NCBI GenBank assembly: GCA_963755915.1
Contig: CAVWLP010000002.1
Coordinates: 3,040,001 to 3,104,000 of the forward strand
DNA from: an uncultured Phycisphaerales bacterium
GTDB taxonomy: Bacteria > Planctomycetota > Phycisphaerae > Tepidisphaerales > Tepidisphaeraceae
Direction of reading: 5' to 3'
DNA: 64,000 nt
Shown one piece after another: positions 31,906 through 43,129 of the stretch. A model generated the notes under the pieces. The model was not told where the DNA came from. It saw nothing but the letters and a program-made list of their open reading frames with translations, and ran no database searches. How positions within the stretch are numbered: the first letter of the stretch is position 1; each line of letters begins with the position of its first letter. Made by a program: the position numbers and the translations under genes.

Positions 31906-33394
31906 TAATCCCGTTCGGCACGCAGGCTTCATCGGAGCATTCCAAAGCTGTGGAGGACGCGAAACAATTGAAGCTTAGATACTTTTACTTTCCCCTGCTG
32001 CACGCCGGCGTCCGCAAGAGCGCAGCATCAACCGCGAGGTCTCCGCGGCGACGGATTCCCCTTCAGTTTACTCCCAGTTTTTTCAAGGCCTCCGCTCTTG
32101 CCCTCAGCTTAATCCCGGTGTTATCCGGCTTGTTCAGGAATCGAAGCACGTCCTGTTCCTCGGCCAGCCCCAGCAGATACCAGCCGATCATGTTCCGCAT
32201 CGCCTTGTTCGGCTTCCTGCCGCTGATCAGCTGAATCAGCACGCAGACGATCAGCGCCAGTGGATTTGGATGTCGATCCCCTCCTGGCGTTGGCTCAGCA
32301 GGTGACGCATGCCCAGCAGTTGCTTGAAGATCCGGAAGAACAACTCAACGGTGTAGCGGTACAGATAAATCAGGGCGATCAATTCCGCCGGCAGGTCCAG
32401 CAGGTTCGTGTACAGGATGATCAGGTCCGTCGGCTTGTTGCCGCTGCGCGTGCGGCGCGGATGGGGTTTCACCTGCACTTCCACCCGTCGCACCACCCTA
32501 TCCGCCGCCGTCTCCAGGCCGTCGAGTTTCACCAGCGCGTCTCGCACCACGCCGCCGTCCAATGCTTCCTGTGAAAGCAATCGTTCTTCAAACAGCTCAA
32601 ACACCGAGTTTTCCGCGGCCCGCATCACAAAGGAGCTTTGCGCCGCGGCGATGTCCGCAAAGAGGCTCCGGTCGGCGTAGCCGCCGTCTCCTACATAGCA
32701 CCGTCCTGCTTCCAGGCTGCGCCGCAGGACGTTGTTTTCACGGTTGGCCCCCGCGTTGCGAGCGCCAGTGCGGTCGAGGCGATGGACTTTGAACGTCTCC
32801 AGATCGAATTGAACGTGCAAACGCCAGCCATAGACCGCTTTCCCGTCCCGGGAGGTGTTGTAGCGCGCATCGATGCCGCAAGCGGATTTGGCCAGCCGAC
32901 TCAGCGCCGTCAGCACCGTCCCGTCGACCAGCGTGATCGCCTGCCCAAAGTCCGCAAGACGCGGATCGGGCGCCTGGGGCAGTTCCCCCGCCAATTCCTC
33001 AATCAGCGGCGTCAAACGCCCCGGCTCGAACACCCGAACCGATTCAGAGAAACTGCCCACGGAAAAACGCTTAATTCCCAGCGCCTTGGCCACCTTGGGC
33101 AGTTCAGCAACCTCCTGAAGATCCCGCAGGGATTGGATCAGCGGATTCCAGGTGTAAAGCAAAACCAGCTTGCAATAATCGTCGAAGTGAAGCTGGCGGT
33201 TCCCGGCTCGATCCCGCTCACAGCCCACATCCCGCAGCGTGGGCAGCAGCGCGAAGACGCGCCGCAGATGTCCGAGGCACAGGATCTCTTTTTCCTTCAG
33301 TCTTGCCTGCACGTCCGGCAGCATGCCATAAAAAGATCAAAGGCGCAATCTCAATATCTTGCTGCTTGCGCGAACCCCGTGCCGAACGGGATTA
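31906..33394 (-). mobile_element. Complete IS4-family element (1489 bp), 17-bp perfect IRs, 9-bp TSD ACAAAAGGT
   Basis: TAATCCCGTTCGGCACG ... CGTGCCGAACGGGATTA; ACAAAAGGT at 31897-31905 and 33395-33403. Confidence 0.95.
32063..33324 (-). CDS. IS4-family DDE transposase, frameshift near 32260
   Basis: VDGT, WRLH, YVGDGGY, LYTNL, YLYRYTVELFFR (YREK-like motif). Confidence 0.9.
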
Positions 33395-33402
33395 ACAAAA
33401 GG

Positions 33403-33458
33403 TAACAGTCCGCAACAAGCTGGGTAGGATAGGGGGGATGGGAAATTCGAAGTTCGAA
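33403..33458 (+). repeat. 56-bp direct repeat, copy 1
   Basis: TAACAGTCCGCAACAAGCTGGG...GGGGGGATGGGAAATTCGAA; about 51/56 identical to 35646-35701. Confidence 0.9.
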
Positions 33459-33760
33459 ATTCGAATGTTGAGCGAAGCGAAATCCCGATTCGTCGGGAAC
33501 GAACCCCGTGCGCCAGGACAGGTCAAATTCGAATGTTCAAAGGCTCGAAAAGGGGAGTTGGGGTTGAGCGCGAGGCTTATTGGGCAAGCCGTCGTCCGCA
33601 ATGGAAAGCAAGCGCCCACGGCTTTGATGACCTCAATCGTGGCCTATTGTAGTTGTCCGAAATAGGTGACTGTTCTGCGTTTCTCGCGTTTCTTCTCAAA
33701 AAGTCGATACGCGGAGGATGACGCTCCTCAAGGCTGCCTTTGAGGCGGGGGCGGGAGTTG

Positions 33761-35505
33761 CTAAGAAACAATCTCGATAGCGCCCCTCATTAAATGCCCC
33801 TCAAGTATCGGAATGTGGGCACCCCTTTCCCGATCAATCGCGAGATTACTTTCGCAAAAATCTAATTCGGTGAAAATGCCGCCTGTGTGCCATTGACCGA
33901 TGTTCGTCTTTGCTCGGAAAGTCAATCCGGGGTTTTCGTGACTAATCTTCCGCTTCAACTTTTCGCGTATGGCGCTTAGCGACACTGAATCGACGTCCTC
34001 AATAAATGTGAACGTCAAATCTCCACAAAAATAGAGCCGAAGTCGCTTCTTGGCGCTGGGCAAAAAATCTCTGCCGATATGCAGATTTTCGAGCGTTACT
34101 TGTATCGGCTCCTTCTCGCGCAGGAACGATTTGGCCAGATCAACCATTTTCTCGCCACGATCCGAAATATCCACCCACTGAGTTAGCTCCGCCATTGGGC
34201 CATCGCCAAATTCCGCGTAGTAAAGGCTGTCGATTGACGGCGGCAATGATTTCAGAATTTGAAGTTGGCTTCTCGTATCCGGACCGGGAGCGGTCGTGGG
34301 CCGGTTTACTGGTGGACGAGTTATCGATGGGGCGCTGCTCGGCACGGTCGAATACGGGCGCGTTGTGGTGGTCGAGGCTTTCGGCGATAACAAAGACAAT
34401 GCCCAATACCATCCCAAGCAAGCGAAACCCGTAAGTAGGATTGCTGGAAGAAATCGGGCCGAACGCTCGACATGCAAGATAGGCATGATATCCCCACTGT
34501 TGGCGATGTACGCAATTATGAATGGCGCGCCGCACGCAATTCCCGAAAAAATCGCGGCGAGACCAGCACTACTCTTGTTCCATCGACACCACCGAAAAAA
34601 ACCATAGATCACGTACTGTGATGAGAAAACATACCCCGGCACAATTACGTACATCATCCAAGGGGCTTCAGAATGTTCGGACCAAGTAGCCAATATATAG
34701 CAGGTGGCAGCAAGAAAGCCGATAATCTCAACGGCAAGCAAAATGTCTCGGGTAGGGCGGTCTTCGGCGCTTTGATTTTGGGCATCTGTTTTGGATTGCT
34801 GTGGCGTGTTCTGCTCTACCATGCTGGCTTTTTCCGCTGATTCCTTTTCACTGACAAGTCGGTCAAGCGTGGAAATTTCTTCGTGTTTAATGTGGCCCTC
34901 TTCAGCGAGCTGCACTATTCGCGAGAATCGCTTTGGCTGCGGTAGCTTGGCAATCTGATCGGCGAGTTGATTGAGCGTGGGTCCGCGAATTCCGATTTGC
35001 CGTGGATTATTCAGATCAAGTGGAACGATGACTCGACTTTCGGGCAATTCGTCTGAAGTCGTCTCGTATGGCGGCTTATCGGCGCGGTAGACCGTTACCC
35101 TGTGAACCCCCGAAGGAAGTTGCTCCGGTGGTTTTATTGCCGATAACTTGGCGAGGAGAAGATCAATCGCAAGTGCGCTTCTCTTTCCCCACGGAGTATT
35201 GTTCGTACCGCCCGTGAGTTCCTGCACAGCGGCGTACCAACACGGTCCCGGGAATTTCGCATCGACGCCTTCTCTGATATCCCGGCTTGCTTCGCTAATT
35301 CCCGATTTTGTTTCAGGAGCATCCCGGCAGCATTGCTCAATCGATTCGTCTCGTCGATGGTTTGCGCTCTCTTTTCGTCATGGGCTTGCGCCTCAGGGCT
35401 TGGCCCCTGCGGCCACGGATGGAGGGTGGGGTGCATATCTGGGGTTTCAAGAACGTCGAATCTCGCTCGCAGGCTTTGCAGGGCCGTTATAAAGGCGATG
35501 GACAT
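33761..35505 (-). CDS. Orphan membrane protein (about 4 TMs); probably one gene with a frameshift near 35270
   Basis: 488-aa ORF plus overlapping upstream 123-aa ORF; more AT-rich than flanks; no recognisable motif. Confidence 0.55.
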
Positions 35506-35645
35506 GATTTAGGCAGATGCCCGTTCGAGGAATGCCACTGGTCGCCTAGCATCCTCTAATTCCCGTTGGGCAGCCCGGCGCAGGCTTTCTCTTACCCAAA
35601 CCGATAGTCAAAATCTCTCGCGTTGCTTGAAAATATACCACTACC

Positions 35646-35701
35646 TAACAGTCCGCAACAAGCTGGGAAGAATGGGGGGGATGGGAAATTCGAAACTCGA
35701 A
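35646..35701 (+). repeat. 56-bp direct repeat, copy 2
   Basis: Matches 33403-33458. Confidence 0.9.
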
Positions 35702-35775
35702 TGACCTGTCGAGAGCCTCAAGATCGAGCGACGAATCAACTTCGAATGTTCAAATGTTCGACTGGTTCGGAGACG

Positions 35776-37337
35776 TCAACCGCAGATGGGTGAGTCGCGG
35801 CACCATTCACCCCACGCCCTGCGATACGCTCCCTGCAGATTTCGCGTGAAGCCTTTGGCATCAACCAGCGGTGAATTAAAGAGACGGTCCCGCATCGTGA
35901 GCCGTAGCTGAGAGATTCGTCCGGGATCGCTGGCAAGGCCGCTCGCGATACGCATGAACTCCGCTGCATCGCGGGCGATCAACTCACTCAATCCCACAGT
36001 GCCCAGAATGCTCGCGCCCATTCGAGAAATGCCCATGGGGCCCATTCGTGTGACAGTAGGAACTCCCATCCACAGGGCATCGCAAGTGGTCGTGCCGCCG
36101 GTGTAAGGGAACGTATCCAGTGCAATGTCGATGCGCCGGTAGTTTTGCGTATACATCCCCATCGGCTGCACTCCAACAAAACCGAATCGCTTTGGGTCAA
36201 TCTCGTGATCTTCCATGTCGCTCAAAAACTTCTCGCGTGGGCCTCCTTCCGGCGCGTGAACAATCATCCGTGAAGTTGGTACGGCCCGCAGAACATCCGC
36301 CCATAGCTTGCGAGTCGTTTGGCCCGCTTTCTTGAAGCTGTTGAGACTCCCGAATGTTATGAAGCCGTTTCGCTCATTTGTGCCGGCCCGGGCTCGACGT
36401 TGTAAAGCGATGGTTTGTAGCACCAGTAATGCGGGATTATCAGCGGTTTTTCGACGAATCGGGAGGGAGTCGGTTCGAGCGTCGGGTCGGCGATTCGCCA
36501 ATCTATGGCGTCCATACCAGTGGTGCCAACGTACGCCAAATATGTGATTTGAACGGGGGCAGGCTTTCGCGCAAAAATACCCAAATGCCGGTCCATGTGC
36601 ATCGACAAGTCAATGAGGATGTCGATGCCGTCATTGCGGATTAGCGATGCGGTTGCATCGTCGCTGAGCTTTTGAATCCCACGCCAGCCGTCGGTTCGCT
36701 GTTGGATTTTCTCCGACAGACCATCCACGTTGCCCCCTGAATAGACGTGGATCGCGAATTGCGAGCGATCATGCTCCACAAATACGGGCAGCATGAATCG
36801 GCCCACTGGATGGATTCTCAGATCCGACGAGACGTAGCCGATCTTCAATCTCCGGTTTGGATCGCGGGAGTTGGTGTGCGGCGTCCAGGTTGATTTCAGG
36901 GGATCGGCAAACTTCGCGGCCCAGGCCCGATGTTCGTCGATAATCCGCTGCTCGGTCAGATCGTCAGCAAACCAAAGTGTGTAGAGCAACGAGCCAGCCG
37001 CTCCGCTATTGGCGGGATTAAGCGACAGGGCGATCTTGAATTGCTCGATAGCGGCTCCGATTTCGGAGCACTCGGCAAGGGCTCCTCCGTAATTGTGGTG
37101 GGCCGGGCTGCTACCTGGCGTGAGCCGAACAAGGCGGTGAAAGGCTTCGACGGCCTCGCCTGATCGCCCGTTGCTCTGAAGGGCCTTGCCGAGTGAATCC
37201 CAGGCAACGGCGCAAAGCGGGTCAATCTCTATGGCACGTCGATACTCGGGGATTGCGTTATCGGGTCGGCCAGCCACAAAATGGTTGTGCCCTCGCGCAA
37301 TGCAATCCGCGATTTGTTGGGATTTCCCGTTTTCCAC
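35776..37337 (-). CDS. TPR protein O-GlcNAc transferase-like (GT41/SPINDLY), frameshift near 36380
   Basis: TPRs; LKIGYVSSDLRIHPVGRF, IDILIDLSMH, KPAPVQITYL, ITFGSLN, IDIALDTFPYTGGTTTCDALWMGVP. Confidence 0.9.
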
Positions 37338-37727
37338 GGGGCAGAATTATACAAGGGCAGCGATGATCATTCCTTTTTCATCGTGGCTGGCCACGTCCAC
37401 TGTGAGTATGGAGCCGGGACGTGAGGGCTTTCCGAAGGGGCTCACGTCCCAGTTCATCCTCTCCGCCCCAGCCCTAATTCACGAAAGGTCGAGCGCTTCA
37501 ACTATGCCGTGCCCCTCTCACTGCAACTGCTGGGCCGAACGGGATTGGACTGTCCCGCGTTCCGATTTCGCATGGCGAAGACAGCAAAATGCAAGCTATC
37601 GTCACGCGCGGTACCAATCAAGGCGAGCCAGGGAACAAGAACTTATGCGCTCATCGAGGGACTAACATTGCATTTGTATCCCCCCCGGTTCGTCCGCGGC
37701 GCTACGCGAGGCCCGACGGGCCGGTCT

Positions 37728-38507
37728 CTACGCCGACGTTCGCTTCCGTCGAGCGAGAACGCCTATGGTTGTGATGCCGGCGAGCGCAGCGACGCAGGGT
37801 TCGGGCACGGGGATTACTGTCAGGGTGAAAGTTCCGACCGTATCGGTGATGCCATCGGGGGCGACAGGGGGCGTGTAGGGCGTGGAGCCGCCGCCGCCAT
37901 CGACCACATCGATGGGGCTATCCCCGTTGGGGCCGCCGACGAAGGTGATCTGATAGTTTGTCAGCGTGACGAAATCGCCATCGGAGGTGGTGAGCACGGT
38001 TCCGGCGCCGGGGACGATGGAAAAGTCGTAGCCGGCGGTGGTGCTGGAAGCATCCGGCGATCCTGGTCCTACGCTGGTGCCGGGAGCATTGTATGTGGAA
38101 ATTGCGGGGGAGCCGGCGGCAGCGCCGTCGAGATAGAGGTTCAGTCCGAAGCCGAACGCGCCACCGCGCTGATCATCTCCGTCGGCGTAGAAATAGAAGG
38201 TGTTGGTCCCCGGGTTAAGCGGGACGGAGAAAGAGGAAGCCGGGGTAAAAAAACTGTTGGGGCCGGGCGTTGAGCTCTTGGTGAGGAAAAGTTCGGCACC
38301 GTAATTTCCGGGCACATTTTGTATGTTGAGTCCCGTTGTCCAGGCGCCGTAGTTGATCTGGGTGGTTGCGCCCTGGTTCGTGCCCGTTGAATCGGTTCGA
38401 AAAAGGGTGGCGTCCGAGAGGCTTGGACCGGCGGCAAAGCCGAAGCTCGCCGTAGCGATCCATGCGGCGGCACCCGAAATAACACCCGTGGATTTCGAAG
38501 TAGGCAT
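37728..38507 (-). CDS. PEP-CTERM protein
   Basis: Signal peptide; C-terminal VPEPCVAALAG...RRKR. Confidence 0.85.
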   Translation of the reverse strand: MPTSKSTGVISGAAAWIATASFGFAAGPSLSDATLFRTDSTGTNQGATTQINYGAWTTGLNIQNVPGNYGAELFLTKSSTPGPNSFFTPASSFSVPLNPGTNTFYFYADGDDQRGGAFGFGLNLYLDGAAAGSPAISTYNAPGTSVGPGSPDASSTTAGYDFSIVPGAGTVLTTSDGDFVTLTNYQITFVGGPNGDSPIDVVDGGGGSTPYTPPVAPDGITDTVGTFTLTVIPVPEPCVAALAGITTIGVLARRKRTSA

Positions 38508-38737
38508 TTCTCTCTCCCTTTTTGCGAAGTGCGTCAAAAGTTTTCGCGACGAACGTGAGGCCGCGATGATAATATTTTGGCCGAGTCAATTGCAATCCTA
38601 AAAACGAGGGGATTTCAAATTCATGGTTCTTTTTTTATTGGGGAAGATGGAACCGGGACATGCGCTTGTCGAAGGGCTCGCGTCCGGGTTCGTCCCAATG
38701 AATCCGAAGGCGCGCGGCGCTGTAATGGGGGCCGAGT

Positions 38738-41241
38738 TCAGTCAAAGAAAATCCCACTCAGAGTGGCGTTGTCGCCGCGCACATGGTCGATGCGGAACCG
38801 TACCGAATTATCGCAGCGATAAATAAGGTATTTGCCACTGGCGAAATCTCGGACCATTTGGACCGGCGCGAGCCGCTGAAGGGTCTGATGGTCGAACATT
38901 TCCACCGCCACACGCCGGCCCTTCTTATCCCAATCGACAAAATAGAGTGCGATCTGACACGGTGTTGAGCGGGCGAGATCGATGTCCACCGTCATGGTTT
39001 GGAACCCTCCTTGGGGATCTTGCGTGTAAAGGCATCCCACGTTTCTTGGAAAACCATTGGCGGCATCCGGCGCCGGGCGCGGGAATCGTTTGTCCCGGCT
39101 TCCCAGCAGACGTTGGCGTTCAAAGAATACGTTAGGGCCGATACATAGTCGGGCAGGTGCCGCCGATCGACCGGTTTTCCGTTCACCGTGTCATAGTCGC
39201 ACAACACGAAACCGTCGCGGCCATATTTTCCGCCCCAGTTTCCGTGCGTGACCGTATCTTCGACTGGATTAACGGCATAGTCCCAGGCCGGCTCCTCAAG
39301 TGCGGGCGTTGCTCCGCGATAAGAGACTTCTATGGCGTATGTGCCCGGTTGTATGCCGGTCAGCCGAAGGCAGTCCGCCTCTTCACGAATCCCGCCGATT
39401 CCCGGAATCGTATGACCCTCGTTCATCTCCCACGCCACGTTTCCATTGATATGCATTGACTGGATCGTCTTTTCGGCATTCGGCACGCAAAACTCGCCCC
39501 CTGTCCCCGGGGGCGCAGTTAACGAACCCTTTCCGGTTGCGGTATTGAATCTGACAACGATCATTCCGCGGGGAGTCGAAACCTGACCGGACACACTTGT
39601 AAGCGTGCGCCCCAGATGAGGGGACACCGTGTAAGTGCGAAAGCCAGGCGCGGTCGGCTTGATTCCCAGAGTTTCTTCCGTGAGCCATTTGACCACTCCT
39701 GCGCTCCACGGATGGCAAAGGCTAGTGTAGCCGACTTGATTGTTCGGCACGGGGTCATTTTTCGCGAGGAAGCGATTCCATGACGGATCATATACTTCGA
39801 GAAATGTCGTGGCGCCATAACGAAGCTGACCGCCCCAGCAGTCTTTAATGGTGCTGAGTGCATCGTCCGTTCGGCCGGCCGCCGCCATGGCTTGGATGAT
39901 GAAATACTCGTTGAACGGTGAATAGCTGAGCCGTTGAACACGATCGGAAAGATTCTTCGCAAACAATGCGCTGCGTTCCGCGGGCGTGGTGAAGCCGGCG
40001 TCAATGGCGTCGGCCGCGGCATGCGTGCCGAAGTTATCCATCCACCGGGGATCTCGTCGCAACTGCAAAATCTTTTCATTCGCGTAGCCGAGGTATTTGT
40101 CACGCAAGTCGAGCCGCCCGTGCTGTTCCATCGCATGGGCGAATTCGCGGAATGCGCAGATGGTCAACATCGCATAAGCGTTGCGCGCTTCGAGACAATC
40201 GGGATTTGCAAACCCGGCGCCCAGCCGTTCATCCCAGCCGTAAAAGATCAATGACGGCGGGTGATCATAGTGAGCATACGCATCGTCAAGTTTGCCGCAT
40301 GCGTTGGCAAGGGATTGGTCGAGCATCGCGCCGTCGCCGGAATAGTTAAAATAATCCACGAGGCTCAGCACCCAGTAGAGCGAGTAGCTGGCGATGCCGT
40401 TGGAATCATGGGCCGTTGCAGCGAGGTTGGTTTTGACGAAATCGAGATTATCGCCCAGGGCGACCAGCGCCGCTCCCTGAGCCACATGAGCATCTCCTGT
40501 CCAGGAGATCCGGTCGCCGCGATCCATCAGGATGGATCCGAAATTGTTTTTCAGCAGATTCAGCTTCACCGTATAGACGCCGGCATACCAGATCCGCGTT
40601 AGTTCAGGGTCGCTGCATGAAAAACTGCCGGTATAGTTGGACGGCTTGATCTGACAGACCAGGCGAATGCCAGTGATGTGCCAGGGTTTGTTGAAGGATC
40701 GCACGTGAATCCAGCCGAATCGAACCCCTTCATAGAGCTCGCTGTTCAATTCCAGGCGATAGGTGTCGCCATATTTTCGCGGTGCGCTGGTCTTGACTGG
40801 ATTTGTCACCCCGAGCGCGAACCTCCCGGGTTCGTTGTACTCGCTGATGCTCATTTCCACGTCGCCCTGAAGATCGGGAGAATCAAATTCGAGCCAGCCG
40901 GCATTTTCCTGGCCGAAATCCATGCGAATAGAGCCGGCGCCATTGACAGTGACGCCCGGTTGCTTTACGGCAAGCGAATCCAGATTTGAAAACGCTTCTG
41001 GGACATCCGCTTGCACCGCAACTGGCTTCAGCGTGTAAATCTCCAGGCCATCCGACGCCTTGGGTGCGGGCCAGTGATAAGCCACAAGAGGATCAGGTGA
41101 TTCGGGCACGGGCGGCCCCGAGAAACTACCGCCCGAGATTTCTGGATAAGGTTCTGGGACGGCGAGAGCGACCTTCGGACCGAGCCAGAAGGACAAGGAG
41201 CAGATCAGGATCGGCAATGCAAATCGAAATTTGTCATTCAT
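38738..41241 (-). CDS. GH78 alpha-L-rhamnosidase-like protein, frameshift near the C-terminus
   Basis: MDFGQENAG, GSFSCSD, DRGDRISWTGD, GATTFLE, SLCHPWS, LGIKPTAPGF, TPRG. Confidence 0.85.
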
Positions 41242-41248
41242 AGACACA

Positions 41249-42465
41249 TCATTTCCGGACGCCGAACACATCGCGAATCGCTTCCAGATATTGAAAGCCG
41301 TACCTGGTGTCGGGTTCGATGTAGCTGCCTTCGGTCCACTCGTTCCATGAGTTGATGGTCAGAACTCGTAGTCCGGCGGCATAGGGCGGCCGGGCGAGGC
41401 GGTCGCGCGCGATCATCGACGCTTCCTTGAAGTGCGCCGGGGTGTTGCCCGTAATCGTGTTCGTGAACGGGTAGCCGAAGTTGCCATAAGCATCGGATTG
41501 CCGCGCCCGCGGGCTGGGGTCCCAGCCCATCGATACGTTTGGGAAATATGGCACGCCGTAGGCAGTGGCGGCCGTCGTCCAATAGGCGTTGTAGGCGTCG
41601 CGGGCGACGTTAAAGTCGGTCTGCATCTCGGGCAACTGCACATGGTGAATCCAGACGTATGACGTCACGGAATCAAAGCCAAGATCCTTTACGAGCTGCG
41701 CGGCGTTTAGCGGCTTGTTCTCGCCGGGCAGGATCGGCTGGCCCCACATAACGGCGTTGAGATGAATTCCGGTGAGCCCCGCGGCCCTGGCCTTGGCTCG
41801 GAAGCGATCAAGCGCCGCACGGGTCGCGAGAATACTGCCGAAGTCGTCGAGCAGCTTCGAGAGGTCGTAGAAGGAAAAGTACGGCTTGCCGTCGATCGTC
41901 CAGTAAGTCGGCTGCGAGAAATAATCCCTGATGATGTGATCGCAGATGGCGTCAAACGCTTCGGGCGAGACCTTGCCCGGATAGAGCAGCGTCTGCGGAC
42001 TGCCTCGCGCGTAGGGGTGAAGGTCGAGCCAGTCGTGATTGGCCCACATCAGGGCAAACTTCAGCCGCGCGCGGTTGGGGGCTTTGAGATAACCCTCATC
42101 CAGCGCCGCTTCGAGAAATGGGCCGTCGTTGTAGTAGTACCAATCGAAGATGAACGCATCGATGCCGTGGTCGGCGGCCGCGTCGATCTTCTGAGCCATT
42201 ACCTGCGGGTCGGATTCGTCCGCATATCCCCACAGCGGCACCTTCGGCTGCTCGTGCCCGGGGAACCGCGGCTTCGCGTTCTTGACCAATTCCCACTCAC
42301 TCCATGCGGGGCCCTTGAGCCTGGTGTTCCGCGCATCGCCTGGGTGATAGTTTGGAAAGTAGTAGACGCCGATCTCCGTCCGCGCTGGCGCGGCGCCTGC
42401 CCGCGCGCCATCGCAGCCACCCCGAGCACGACTGCCAGCGACATCCGCGCGATTTGTCTGATCAT
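41249..42465 (-). CDS. GH99-like/WbsX-family protein, frameshift in the signal region
   Basis: YYFPNYH, SEWELVK, HGIDAFIFDWY, LMWANHDW, IDGKP, MGWDPSPR, INSWNEWTEGSYIEPD. Confidence 0.85.
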
Positions 42466-42597
42466 CGGGCAATACTCGAACGTCCGGCGCGGAGAAACAA
42501 TACGCCGAGGATTTGCCATAGGCTCCGCACGACGATGCGAACGGTCCCCCGAACACCGGGAGATTTCCCAGCCGCGAATTCTAGCGTCCGCGCACTG

Positions 42598-42629
42598 AAA
42601 AAGCCGCCGCGAGTGCTCGCGACGGCGGC
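42598..42629 (-). terminator. GC hairpin with T-run downstream of the tRNA-like fragment
   Basis: AAAAAGCCGCCGCGAGTGCTCGCGACGGCGGC. Confidence 0.55.
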
Positions 42630-42638
42630 GTCATTTAG

Positions 42639-42662
42639 TGGAGCCAGGGGGATTTGAACCCC
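42639..42662 (-). other. tRNA-Ala/tmRNA-like 3' fragment, probable att site of an island lying to the right
   Basis: Minus strand GGGGTTCAAATCCCCCTGGCTCCA; no 5' acceptor, D arm or anticodon arm upstream. Confidence 0.65.
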
Positions 42663-43025
42663 AAATCGTCTTGTCCGGGGAGAAGCGTCCATCGCGCCAC
42701 GTCGGTACGTGTTCCGCGGGTCTACAAACGAGTCCATTATGCGTCGATCGCCCGAAGAGGGTCGATTCTTAATTACCCAGAGCCCCCAAGCCCCCCATTT
42801 TGTTGCAGAATGTCGAGTTTTGTATTTGAGTGTCCGCCGGCGAAATATCAAACCCATCCCCGCCCGCATTTGGAAATGCGGCTGAAGAAGCCTGAGCTGC
42901 AAATTGCGGGAATCAGAGAGAAGATTCGAAAGCGGGCCGCTCCACGCGAATATCGCAGTCTTCAAGTTTAATAGTCCGCCCGGCACATTCAGCGGCTTCG
43001 AGCTTGAAAAAGATTCTTTCGATCG

Positions 43026-43049
43026 ATATTGAACTTATCGGTTCAATAT
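43026..43049. promoter_or_regulatory. Perfect inverted repeat, putative TetR operator
   Basis: ATATTGAAC-TTATCG-GTTCAATAT, about 80 bp upstream of an RND operon that encodes a TetR. Confidence 0.65.
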
Positions 43050-43129
43050 ACCTATGGTTGGGGGTCATGCCTTCTGGCAACTCGAATATCTCGGCGTCGA
43101 TCGCGCTTGCAAGAAATTGGGATAGGAAC

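Noticed and set aside
35557-35574. Degenerate third IS4 inverted repeat (TAATTCCCGTTGGGCAG)
   Set aside because: Needs an indel and mismatches, and has no partner or TSD; may be chance
33403-35701. Integron attC sites / gene cassette
   Set aside because: One copy ends in GTTAGGT (GTTRRRY) on the minus strand, but the other does not, no inverse core RYYYAAC or attC-like palindrome was found, and there is no intI
42639-42715. Complete tRNA-Ala gene
   Set aside because: No GGGGC 5' acceptor strand or D arm at the expected distance on the minus strand
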